Positions 1 through 8,288 of a stretch of DNA of 47,149 nt are shown here, piece after piece. The DNA comes from Candidatus Bathyarchaeota archaeon (GTDB taxonomy: Archaea > Thermoproteota > Bathyarchaeia > Bathyarchaeales > Bathyarchaeaceae): assembly GCA_029882515.1 (NCBI GenBank), contig JAOUKN010000002.1, positions 1 through 47,149 of the forward strand, in the 5' to 3' direction. The notes beneath the pieces are model-generated. The model had not been told where the DNA came from. It was given only the letters and a program-made list of their open reading frames with translations, and ran no database searches. The stretch's first letter is position 1; every line of letters begins with the position of its first letter. Position numbers and translations under genes: made by a program.

Positions 1-349
1 CCGCGCGTGCATACACTTCACTCACCGACAGGTTTTACGAAATGTCAGAAAAACAAGTTTTGAAATGTTTCTTCCATAATATTGCTTTTTCTTACATTAT
101 TGGCAATATCGCCAACCGCGCATCCTCTTTTTCTGTTTCAGGGACACGCTAGCAGAATTTATGAACAACATCTGTTGGTGTATGCAGCTGTGGCGCGCGT
201 GGCGCCACTGACGAGAGTTCGAATCCCCCGGGCTACAAAAACCCTACAATCTGGTTACAATTCAAGCGTAAATTAAGCTTATTTTTCGCTCAGCTATACG
301 TCCTTCACAAGTTTAACTCAGCCAATTCTGAAAATTCTAAAATTGGCTT

Positions 350-898
350 ATGCTAGTTATAGCCTATCTTAGAAAGGTGAACGATTTGAAGTGGGTGACC
401 CGCGATTTTGTTCATGTAGACAGAACGGCATGTCCTTGGCTAATCAGAGAATTCATAGATCCACAAGCTGAATTCATTTTTGTGCCTACAGAGAAGATAG
501 AAGAAGTCGCGAAAAAACAAGGGGCGACACCCTTTGACGCACCTGGAGCCAAGCTTGGGCATAGAAACGGGAAGTGCAGCTTCGAAACAATAATAGAGGA
601 ATACAAGCTGAAAGACCCAGTGCTCCATGAACTCGCGAAAATAGTACATTCCGCAGATACTCGTGACACAGGTCTGGCGCCTGAAGGATTAGGGTTAAGT
701 GCAATGATGACTGGGGCATGGTTCAATGTGAAGGACGATTTCGAAGCGGTTAGGAAAGCTGCATATGTTTACAATGCGCTCTACAGTTACTGCAAATTCA
801 AGATGCTTCGCGAGAAACACAAGGATGAATTGGGGAAAATGAGCAGAAAAGAGCAAAGAGAATTACTGATAGAGAAGATGCGAGAGAAAACGAGTTAG
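350..898 (+). CDS. ChrB C-terminal-domain-like (chromate-resistance family) protein
   Basis: 182-aa ORF. The segment VDRTACPWLIREFIDPQAEFIFV resembles the ChrB/Chrome_Resist C-terminal family as I remember it. The true start may be TTG at 386, with AGGTGA a few nt upstream. Confidence 0.6.
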   Translation: MLVIAYLRKVNDLKWVTRDFVHVDRTACPWLIREFIDPQAEFIFVPTEKIEEVAKKQGATPFDAPGAKLGHRNGKCSFETIIEEYKLKDPVLHELAKIVHSADTRDTGLAPEGLGLSAMMTGAWFNVKDDFEAVRKAAYVYNALYSYCKFKMLREKHKDELGKMSRKEQRELLIEKMREKTS

Positions 899-1493
899 AC
901 ATTCACCTCCCCTTATTTTTATTATTATTCAAACACCCATAGGGAAACCTGGACTTGTGCGCGCAGTGAACCGTTCTTTCAAATTTTGCGGAATTCAAAT
1001 ATTCAGTCGTTCATTTTTGTCTTTAAATAAACGTTGTTTTTCAGTCACAAATTCACTCTTTGGGCTGGTTGTTAATTGTAAGTGACGTGAAAGTCTTTGC
1101 AAAAAGACTGTTCAAAACTATTGAAAGCTTGTCAATTTGTTTATTCACTGCAGATTCGCAAAAAGAACCTCAATTCAGGGTTTTACGTTCTTTCTTTTCA
1201 GGAATGCCAAAGAATTGTAATCAGAACGGATTGGAACCAAGTTTCACATTGTATTCAATAGAGAATTCTGAATTTTTGCCAAAAAAGGGTTTTAGAGGGT
1301 AATTAGAGGCAAGCTTAACATCAAATTCTCTAAAATAATACACATCTACTTCTGCGCGCGCGAGCCATTGGCGATATCTAGTTCTTCTCACCGAACATGC
1401 TTGGAATTTCCGTTTCACTACACAATCCTTATATAGTTTTATATCGTACTATCTGATATCGAACAATAAGTAGATCGAATTCGGTGGTTCGAG

Positions 1494-1964
1494 ATGGAAG
1501 AAAGTGAAGCAAAGCAATTAAGCCTTGGATTAATGGAGATGTCAAAAGCTGCGTATCTCACGACAATTGACTCAAATGGGTTCCCTCACACCCGGGCTAT
1601 GACCAATTTGAGAAACACAGAACAAAAACCACACTTGATATCTCTGTTTCGTGATCATCAAAGAGATTATCTAATCATCTTTTCGACTAATACTTCGTCA
1701 ACAAAAGTTAAACATGTCAAAGATAATCCCAAAGTCTCGGTGTACTACAGTCGCCCTGAGAAATGGCAAGGCGTAATGTTTGGAGGCGAGATCGAAATTG
1801 TCCTTGACGCTGAATTGAAACGAGCCATCTGGGAAGATGGAATGGAGCGGTATTATCCAGGTGGCTATGATGATCCTGACCACACCATTCTTCGGCTTCG
1901 TCCACAAATAGCCAAAGGATGGAATGGCGAGAAATTCACAACATTTGCCTTCAAGATTAGTTGA
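1494..1964 (+). CDS. Pyridoxamine 5'-phosphate oxidase-like FMN-binding protein (general stress protein 26-like)
   Basis: 156-aa ORF with the split-barrel PNPOx-like pattern (AYLTTIDSNGFPHTRAM ... VSVYY ... RLRP). Its end overlaps the following MarR gene by 4 nt, which suggests an operon. Confidence 0.7.
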   Translation: MEESEAKQLSLGLMEMSKAAYLTTIDSNGFPHTRAMTNLRNTEQKPHLISLFRDHQRDYLIIFSTNTSSTKVKHVKDNPKVSVYYSRPEKWQGVMFGGEIEIVLDAELKRAIWEDGMERYYPGGYDDPDHTILRLRPQIAKGWNGEKFTTFAFKIS

Positions 1965-2425
1965 TTACTTTGAGACAACGACGAGAAGGTGGATTTCTCA
2001 TTGCAAAAATCCATCACATATCAGGAAGAATATTTGGCAAAATATTGAAGAAGGCAGGTATCAACGAAATCAATCCGGCACAAGGGCGAATCCTATTCGT
2101 CCTTTGGAAGACCGATGAAATTCCTATCAGCGAATTGGCAAAAAGAACACTGCTGAGCAAATCGACTTTGACAAGCATGCTTGACCGTCTCGAAAAAACA
2201 GGCTATGTAACTCGGGTCCGTTCCAAAGAAGATCGCCGAACAATTCTAATAAAACGCACGGAAAAAGACAGAATCCTTGAGAAGAAATACACCCAAGTCT
2301 CCAATGAGATGACTGATTTGTTTTACGGTGGGTTTGCTCCGAGAGAAGTTAATGCTTTCGAAGATTATCTAAGGCGAATCTTGACTAACCTAATGAAAAA
2401 GACCCAAGCGCGCGCGAGAGTCTAG
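1961..2425 (+). CDS. MarR family transcriptional regulator
   Basis: 154-aa ORF with a winged-helix MarR pattern (ISELAKRTLLSKSTLTSMLDRLEKTGYVTRVRSKEDRR). Translationally coupled to the upstream gene. Confidence 0.85.
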   Translation: MITLRQRREGGFLIAKIHHISGRIFGKILKKAGINEINPAQGRILFVLWKTDEIPISELAKRTLLSKSTLTSMLDRLEKTGYVTRVRSKEDRRTILIKRTEKDRILEKKYTQVSNEMTDLFYGGFAPREVNAFEDYLRRILTNLMKKTQARARV

Positions 2426-2586
2426 TAGGCTGACCCTAGGGAAATTCCGCGCGCCCTTCATTCTTTGAAACCATACTCGTCTGTTTCTCTGAAACGATCC
2501 TGCCACGTGCGCATTAAAGGGTTTTGCACCCTATGAGGTAATCATAATATATGCTATAGTACACAACATAGTCTGCAGGGTGATTT

Positions 2587-3033
2587 ATGAGGAACGTTGA
2601 GAAGAGTGATCCTTCTGCGCCCAGTCTTGTCAAAATAAAGTGGATAGATGGTTTGCGATTTGTGGCAACAGACAGCACGGGACACTCTATTGTGATGGAT
2701 GCTTCAACGGAGTCTGGCGGTGAAGGGTCAGGTTTTAGCCCTATGCAATTGCTTCTAATCGCCTTAGGAGGTTGCACAAGTATGGATGTTGTACATATTC
2801 TGCAGAAACAAAGGCAGCAGGTCAATGGTCTTGAGGTGTCGGTGACTGGACACCGAGTTAAGGACCCACCCCGAATCTACCACAACATCCGCGTAGAATA
2901 CAAAATCATGGGAACAAACATCAAAGAAAATGCGATCCAACGTGCTATACAGCTTTCCGAAGACAGATACTGCTCTGTTGGAGCCATGTTGAAGACCAAG
3001 GCCAAAGTAGTAAGCGATTACGTCATACAATAG
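2587..3033 (+). CDS. OsmC/Ohr family peroxiredoxin-like protein
   Basis: 148-aa ORF carrying the two OsmC-family cysteine contexts (LGGCTSMDV and DRYCSVGAML). Confidence 0.85.
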   Translation: MRNVEKSDPSAPSLVKIKWIDGLRFVATDSTGHSIVMDASTESGGEGSGFSPMQLLLIALGGCTSMDVVHILQKQRQQVNGLEVSVTGHRVKDPPRIYHNIRVEYKIMGTNIKENAIQRAIQLSEDRYCSVGAMLKTKAKVVSDYVIQ

Positions 3034-3118
3034 AAGCAGATTGCGCGCGCGGGTGAGAAATAAATATGAAGAAAGCCATTATGGATAAATGAGTCATGAA
3101 CTAGTTGGAGGTGAGTCA

Positions 3119-3448
3119 ATGGGAAAAGACCTCATTTTAGCGACGATGCCTATGATCCCGAAATATGAAGTTGAGGAAGTTTTCGGAGTCATATATGGGT
3201 CCAGCACCAGGACAAGAGGATTGGGAGGTAGATTCGTTTCAGGCATTCAATCTATCACTGGAGGAAAAGGAACAGCATATGCAGAAGAAATCGAAAAAGC
3301 GAGAAAAGAAGCGCTAGAAGACTTAAAGAATGAAGCTAGAAAATTAGGCGCCAACGGAGTTCTCTCTATAGACTTTGAAACCGCAGAAATTCTCGAAGGG
3401 TTCATTCTCGTAACTGCCTATGGAACAGCTGTTAAACTGAAAAAATAA
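3119..3448 (+). CDS. YbjQ/UPF0145 family protein
   Basis: The ORF track gives 3089..3448. I prefer ATG 3119, preceded by GGAGGTGA with a 5-nt spacer. The sequence (EVFGVIYGSSTRTRGL ... GANGVLSIDFE ... VTAYGTAVKL) is typical of YbjQ-like proteins. Confidence 0.8.
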   Translation: MGKDLILATMPMIPKYEVEEVFGVIYGSSTRTRGLGGRFVSGIQSITGGKGTAYAEEIEKARKEALEDLKNEARKLGANGVLSIDFETAEILEGFILVTAYGTAVKLKK

Positions 3449-3514
3449 CGCACACCCTTAACGCAGCGCGCGGAAATCTTCCATTTTTCTTTATAGGTCA
3501 CTGCGCGTGCTTAG

Positions 3515-3540
3515 CTGTTCTAAACTCTGGTATTAAATAT
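3515..3540 (+). promoter_or_regulatory. Shared promoter-like motif copy 1 (CTGTTCTAAACTCTGGTATTAAATAT), with a TATA-like 3' half
   Basis: One of four 26-nt copies sharing 18 invariant positions. It lies 56 nt upstream of a small TM ORF and follows a CGCG-rich patch at 3501-3510. Confidence 0.5.
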
Positions 3541-3595
3541 TCGGCATTATAGAGGATACATAAAAAGATGCGGTGGGAGGAGGTGTCTTAGAAGT

Positions 3596-3739
3596 TTGAC
3601 TTTAACAGAATTGATGCGGGCGCTTCAAGATTTTGGAATATTCGTTGTGATAATATTGCTAGCCTACGTTGTCTATAGGATAGCGATACTTGTGGAAGTA
3701 ATGAGTAAGAAAATTCAAGGCGAGAAAAATGGAGCTTAG
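3596..3739 (+). CDS. Small hypothetical membrane protein (about 47 aa, one TM helix)
   Basis: Hand-translated ORF below the track cutoff: (M)TLTELMRALQDFGIFVVIILLAYVVYRIAILVEVMSKKIQGEKNGA. TTG 3596 sits about 10 nt after GGAGGAGGTG; an alternative ATG is at 3614. It lies downstream of motif copy 1. Confidence 0.35.
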   Translation: MTLTELMRALQDFGIFVVIILLAYVVYRIAILVEVMSKKIQGEKNGA

Positions 3740-3780
3740 ACCTATATGCCATTCTTCACTTGTTCTGCTTTTAGTACACT

Positions 3781-3806
3781 CTGTTCTAAAACGTGGCATT
3801 AAGTAT
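3781..3806 (+). promoter_or_regulatory. Shared promoter-like motif copy 2 (CTGTTCTAAAACGTGGCATTAAGTAT)
   Basis: Second copy of the 26-nt motif, 35 nt upstream of ATG 3841 of the beta-propeller gene. An extra TGTTCT half-site lies about 20 nt upstream. Confidence 0.5.
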
Positions 3807-3840
3807 CTCGAGATGTCGTGTTTATAGTGAATTTAGACCT

Positions 3841-5610
3841 ATGGGTGAAAACATGAGAACAATAGTCAGAATTATCTTACTGTTTACTGTAATGACCGGT
3901 GCGATAGTGCCATTCTGTCTTCAGTCGCATTATTATTCGTTGGCATCCCCTCTGAAGAAATTCTCTTCATATGAAGAGATGAAAGTTTTTGTGAAGGCTC
4001 GGTTACGCGATCGATATTCCTATTCCCCCACATTTCTTCTTAGTGCAAGAAGCGGTACGGAAAGTTACACGAAGTCAACGGTTCCTGACTACTCAGCAAC
4101 AAACATCCAAGTTGAGGGAGTAGATGAAGCTGACATCGTAAAAACCGACGGGAAGTACATCTATTTCATTTCAAGCCAGAACGTCATTATTCTGAGAGCA
4201 TATCCTCCTGAAGAAGCTGAAATTCTCTCTCAGATAAGGTTCAACGCAACCATAAAGGGAGCTTTCATAAATGGGAATAAATTGGCCGTCTTTGAGCAAG
4301 GGAGTGAAACTCTGGTCAGAATCTATGACGTTTCAGATAAGGAAAATCCCACCTCAAAGCGAGTCGTATCTGTGAATGGTAGCTATTTCAATTCAAGAAT
4401 GATAGGGGACTACGTTTACGCAGTGATTACGCAATCAATCTACTACAAGGGAGAAATTTCTTTGCCCATCATCTGTTCAAACAACTATGTTGAGACAGTA
4501 GATGCCTCAGAAATTTACTACTCTGATATTCCAGATTATTCCTATGGATTCACAACAATAGTTTCAGTGAATATGCAAAATGATGAGGAAGAACCGACGT
4601 ACAAGACGTTTCTATTGGGACAGACAAGCGAAATGTATGTTTCTCTACACAACATTTACATAACTTTTCCCCAAAACGGAAACACCCTCATCTATCGGTT
4701 CCATATAGAGGGAAGTGCCATCGAGTCCGCTGCAAACGGTGGAGTTCAAGGCCATATTTTGAATCAATTTTCAATGGATGAGCATAACGGGTACTTCAGG
4801 ATAGCAACTACAACAGGTCAGATAGCACGAACATTTGAAGCAGCTACCTCGCTAAACCATGTGTATGTTCTTGACATGGACATGAACCTTGTTGGGGGAT
4901 TAGAAGGTCTTGCTCCAGGAGAGAAGATTTACTCAGCTAGATTTATGGGTGATAGATGTTACCTCGTAACCTTCCAAAAGATTGACCCATTGTTCGTAAT
5001 AGACCTAGAAGACCCATTCTACCCAAATGTTCTCGGTGAACTGAAAATAACTGGGTACTCAGACTACCTGCACCCCTACGATGAAAACCACATTATAGGA
5101 ATTGGCAAGGAAACCATTGAAGCTGAAACGGGTGACTTTGCATGGTTTCAAGGGGTCAAAATCTCCTTGTTTGACGTCAGTAACGTTGAAAATCCAATGG
5201 AAATCTCAAAGTACGAGATTGGTGACAGAGGAACAGATTCACCAGTTTTAAGAGACCACAAAGCGTTTCTATTCGACAAAACAAGAAGCCTGCTTGTCAT
5301 ACCAGTCTTGGTTGCAGAGATAAACGAGGAAAATTACCCTAACGGTGTCCCACCTAATAGATCCGGAAGCTATGTCTGGCAAGGTGCTTACGTATTTAAT
5401 GTAACTTCGGAGCAGGGACTTATGTTCAGAGGAGGAATCACTCACCTAGAAGATGATAACTACTTACTAAGCCACTATTACTCCCAATCTCATTACTCAA
5501 TTCAAAGGTCGCTCTACATAGAAAACGTGCTCTACACAATTTCAAACAGAAAAATCAAACTGAACCTACTTTCAGATTTATCGCTTGTCAACGAAATAGA
5601 ACTACCATAA
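3841..5610 (+). CDS. Secreted or membrane-anchored beta-propeller domain protein
   Basis: The ORF track starts at 3793, but that start lies inside the promoter-like motif, so ATG 3841 (or 3853) is more likely. There is an N-terminal hydrophobic segment (IVRIILLFTVMTGAIVPF). The rest resembles the bacterial/archaeal Beta_propel family (VDEADIVKTDGKYIYFIS, RFMGDRCYLVTFQKIDPLFVIDL, GYSDYLHPYDENHIIGIG). Confidence 0.75.
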   Translation: MGENMRTIVRIILLFTVMTGAIVPFCLQSHYYSLASPLKKFSSYEEMKVFVKARLRDRYSYSPTFLLSARSGTESYTKSTVPDYSATNIQVEGVDEADIVKTDGKYIYFISSQNVIILRAYPPEEAEILSQIRFNATIKGAFINGNKLAVFEQGSETLVRIYDVSDKENPTSKRVVSVNGSYFNSRMIGDYVYAVITQSIYYKGEISLPIICSNNYVETVDASEIYYSDIPDYSYGFTTIVSVNMQNDEEEPTYKTFLLGQTSEMYVSLHNIYITFPQNGNTLIYRFHIEGSAIESAANGGVQGHILNQFSMDEHNGYFRIATTTGQIARTFEAATSLNHVYVLDMDMNLVGGLEGLAPGEKIYSARFMGDRCYLVTFQKIDPLFVIDLEDPFYPNVLGELKITGYSDYLHPYDENHIIGIGKETIEAETGDFAWFQGVKISLFDVSNVENPMEISKYEIGDRGTDSPVLRDHKAFLFDKTRSLLVIPVLVAEINEENYPNGVPPNRSGSYVWQGAYVFNVTSEQGLMFRGGITHLEDDNYLLSHYYSQSHYSIQRSLYIENVLYTISNRKIKLNLLSDLSLVNEIELP

Positions 5611-6488
5611 CACTGCGCGCGTCTGAATGACTTACGTTCCAAATGAAACTCGACGTCAGGGCTACCGTCCACAAGGGCAACCTCTTGACCCCGTCAGGAC
5701 AGTTGATGCTCGTGGCCACTTGACAAACCCTGCAGGAACAGAAGAAAGATAGTAGCTGGATTGCGGCGCCGTCAGAGTAACTCTGAGAGATCATCCTGTT
5801 ATGTCAAACTAATGCCTTCTCGTCATCCGGCAAAGGAAGATTGGGTAAACCGCAATAAAAACGTGGCGTGCGCTCTGAACAAACACTACTTTTTCTGTTT
5901 TCTTGTCATTAACCTATTCGTCTCTATTTCATTGTTGTAACACGCCAAACAGAACCATAGACCATCCAATTTCCGCATATGTGATCCAGATCTACTTGCC
6001 CCACACCTACGACAAACTTTTCTTTTTCCACTTTTTACTGTCAATTTCTAATCCATCTCATAATTCTGTTAATCAACGCTTTACCCTTCGTCAAGTGCGC
6101 ACACAAAATACTTCCTTCAAATATCAAGAAGGCTCCTGTCAACAACCTAACACTCCCAATACAAACAACGCATATTGCCACTTCTGGTTGTAATTATCCT
6201 CCTTCCTAGTCAAAGCGAGTCATGATTTAAACCTTACCTACAAGCGCAATTGAAGGGAACTATTCCTGCTTTTTCTTGCACGTGCGCTATCAATGTAAAG
6301 ACAAGTTGAAATCCCATTCCACATTTTGCAATATGCTTCCACATGGAATCATATGTAATGGACTATTTAATGTCCATTAAGGAACGATCCGAGGTAGTGA
6401 CATAACTAGCATGCTCTGCGGCACGCGGACGTCTACGTAAAAAGATCTAAATTAAGCACAAAAAGTGGCGACTTCGATCGCATTTATT

Positions 6489-7544
6489 TTACCAATTAAC
6501 ATCTGGAGGCAGGTGGACGGTGAATTCGCAGGTGTCATCGCCTTTAAGGAGTGATTTTTGGATTTTGACGCGTACTGGTTTTCCAAGAATACCTTCCCAT
6601 TGTTGACGATACCATCCAGATCCACAGTAACAGAAAGTGGGAGATATTCCTTCTTTTAGGTGGTTTCTCACCATGGCACAATGACAATAGTACTTTCTTT
6701 TCTCATCTTTGTCTGTTGCTTTTTTGTGATTCTCAGAGTCAAAGGGGATTTTTCTAACATAGATAGTGTTCCCTTCCCTTCGTGGCTTCTCATACCAAGC
6801 GGGATCTTTGTGCATTGCCTTAATGACTTCGTCTATGTTTTCACTTTGTTTGTAGATGGCTCTCAGTTTTGCGATGCGCTTTTGAGAGAAGTCATGGGCA
6901 CAACAAGACAACGTGTCATACTTTTGTTCCTCGTCGGCTCGTTCATCCAGTCGTTTCATTGCAATCTTAACCCATGCTGCTCGTTCATCGTTTGTGGATT
7001 CCAGCGTAAACAGCTTATCACTACTTTGCATTATCTCTTTTCGTGCATCAGAACCAAGAACGCGATCTAGGTTCTTGGCGAATCTCTCATCCCATTTATG
7101 TAAAACCGCTTGAACCTCAGTAACATTCTCTTCAGGGTTATCAGAATTGAATTTTAGCCTGATTTCTCGTCCAAAATTGGTGCCCACGATCCCATGTTCT
7201 CGGAAATATCCGTAGAGTTTGCTGTAGCTTTCCCGAATTTTTTCGTGCGGTCCGTTGTGTATTATGGAGAATACTTCTACGCTTTCCAGATTTCTGCTTC
7301 TGACGTCATCCGTTTCAATAGGTTGAGTTACGGGGAAACACACCTCTACATCAATACCATCGCTATAGACACCATAATCATAAAGAGTAATTGCCGGACC
7401 ACAGACGTATTCTTTGCATTGTTTGAACAGTTTCTCGAACATTGAAGGGATCTTCTTACGTTCATAGTCGTCTCGAAAATTTATACTGGCAATGAACATC
7501 TTTTCCGTCGTCTTTCTCGTTATTCCTAACCCTTCAAGCGACAT
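6489..7544 (-). CDS. GyrI-like (AraC effector-binding-like) domain protein with a C-terminal Cys/His-rich domain
   Basis: 351-aa ORF. The N-terminal ~150 aa look like a GyrI-like small-molecule-binding fold. The C-terminal ~140 aa carry CCAH, YYCHC and FCYCGSGWY motifs. Confidence 0.65.
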   Translation of the reverse strand: MSLEGLGITRKTTEKMFIASINFRDDYERKKIPSMFEKLFKQCKEYVCGPAITLYDYGVYSDGIDVEVCFPVTQPIETDDVRSRNLESVEVFSIIHNGPHEKIRESYSKLYGYFREHGIVGTNFGREIRLKFNSDNPEENVTEVQAVLHKWDERFAKNLDRVLGSDARKEIMQSSDKLFTLESTNDERAAWVKIAMKRLDERADEEQKYDTLSCCAHDFSQKRIAKLRAIYKQSENIDEVIKAMHKDPAWYEKPRREGNTIYVRKIPFDSENHKKATDKDEKRKYYCHCAMVRNHLKEGISPTFCYCGSGWYRQQWEGILGKPVRVKIQKSLLKGDDTCEFTVHLPPDVNW

Positions 7545-8288
7545 AACATCACTCCGTTAGTGGTCATTGAGTTAGAGAGTTTTCCCCCATTTATTGATTG
7601 AGCAATCACGTGACGTGTGTCGTAGTCCAATCTGTTAAATCCATTTCTGGGATTTTGTCGATGTATGCACACGCTAGACAGTTTGATGATAAAATAGTGG
7701 TAATTGTTCTGTTGTCCGGCTGCAAAACGGTACCATTTGCGCACGCGCCGCACTGGCCTAGTCGGTACATCTCCGCAATTTTCATTAGCCGTACGGCGTG
7801 GGGAAGCATAGTTGGATCCAAATATTCATGAAACATGAAAACCGAGGGGGTACCAGGCAAGGTTCAACGCGTTCCTAAGACGTTTGACGGCCACACGCAA
7901 CCGACTCGTGGACAGTTAATTCTGGATTTAAAGGTTATCCAAGAATTACGCAGTGACCAAGCTATCGATACACATCCCAAAAGTGGAAGGAAAAACAGAA
8001 CCGGGCTCACCAAACCTTCGTTACTTAATCAAGACGAGAAAAACGTTCAAACACTACATCAAATGCGCGCGGTCAGTGGCTAGAGCGTGTTGTGTTGCCG
8101 ATCAGTAAGAAACTAACTGCAACGTGATCGCCCTGCGGCTTTCCTTGATGGTTAGAGCTCTATGCAGGATTTATTCAAACTGTCAGCGATGGTTTATTGC
8201 AACAATGTGCACAGGCTTATAAGTTGCAAGCGTTCCTTGCATTCATACTTCCAAGCGCATGAAGTCAAACTAAAAGGTTGCAAAGGAA

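Noticed and set aside
190-237. A tRNA-like T-arm and 3' acceptor fragment (GAGTTCGAATCCCCCGGGCTACA) preceded by a GC hairpin. It could be a tRNA gene, a split-tRNA half, or an integration att-site scar.
   Set aside because: The would-be T-stem (GAGAG/CCCCC) pairs at only 3 of 5 positions. No complementary 5' acceptor strand (GTAGCCC) occurs upstream. I found no second copy of the 3' fragment in the window and no integrase. A 9-mer GTTCGAATC match is plausible by chance.
899-1493. ORFs 1060..1302 (+) and 1221..1418 (-) in the 600-nt gap between the ChrB-like and PNPOx-like genes, considered as a gene remnant.
   Set aside because: The two ORFs overlap on opposite strands. Neither matches any family I recognise, and reading frames break repeatedly when extended. 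This is possibly decayed sequence, but I cannot call a feature.
5903-6193. A 96-aa +-strand ORF in the pyrimidine-rich stretch.
   Set aside because: The composition is low-complexity and skewed (many Ser/Thr/Pro/Asn/His/Phe codons from C/T-rich DNA), and there is no RBS. This is most likely noise.
7606-7860. An 84-aa minus-strand ORF with MYRLGQCGACANGT, reminiscent of the NuoF/HoxF Fe-S motif ESCGxCxPCReG.
   Set aside because: The third cysteine is missing, the similarity is a few residues only, and no flanking homology is recognisable. At best it is a decayed fragment, and I cannot support even that without blastx.
8162-8288. The upstream extension of ORF 8162..9628, which would make a 488-aa protein.
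   Set aside because: The first ~180 residues of that frame are Cys/Arg/His-rich nonsense. The genuine MFS N-terminus is in the other frame (8289..8708), so the long ORF is an artefact of the frameshift.
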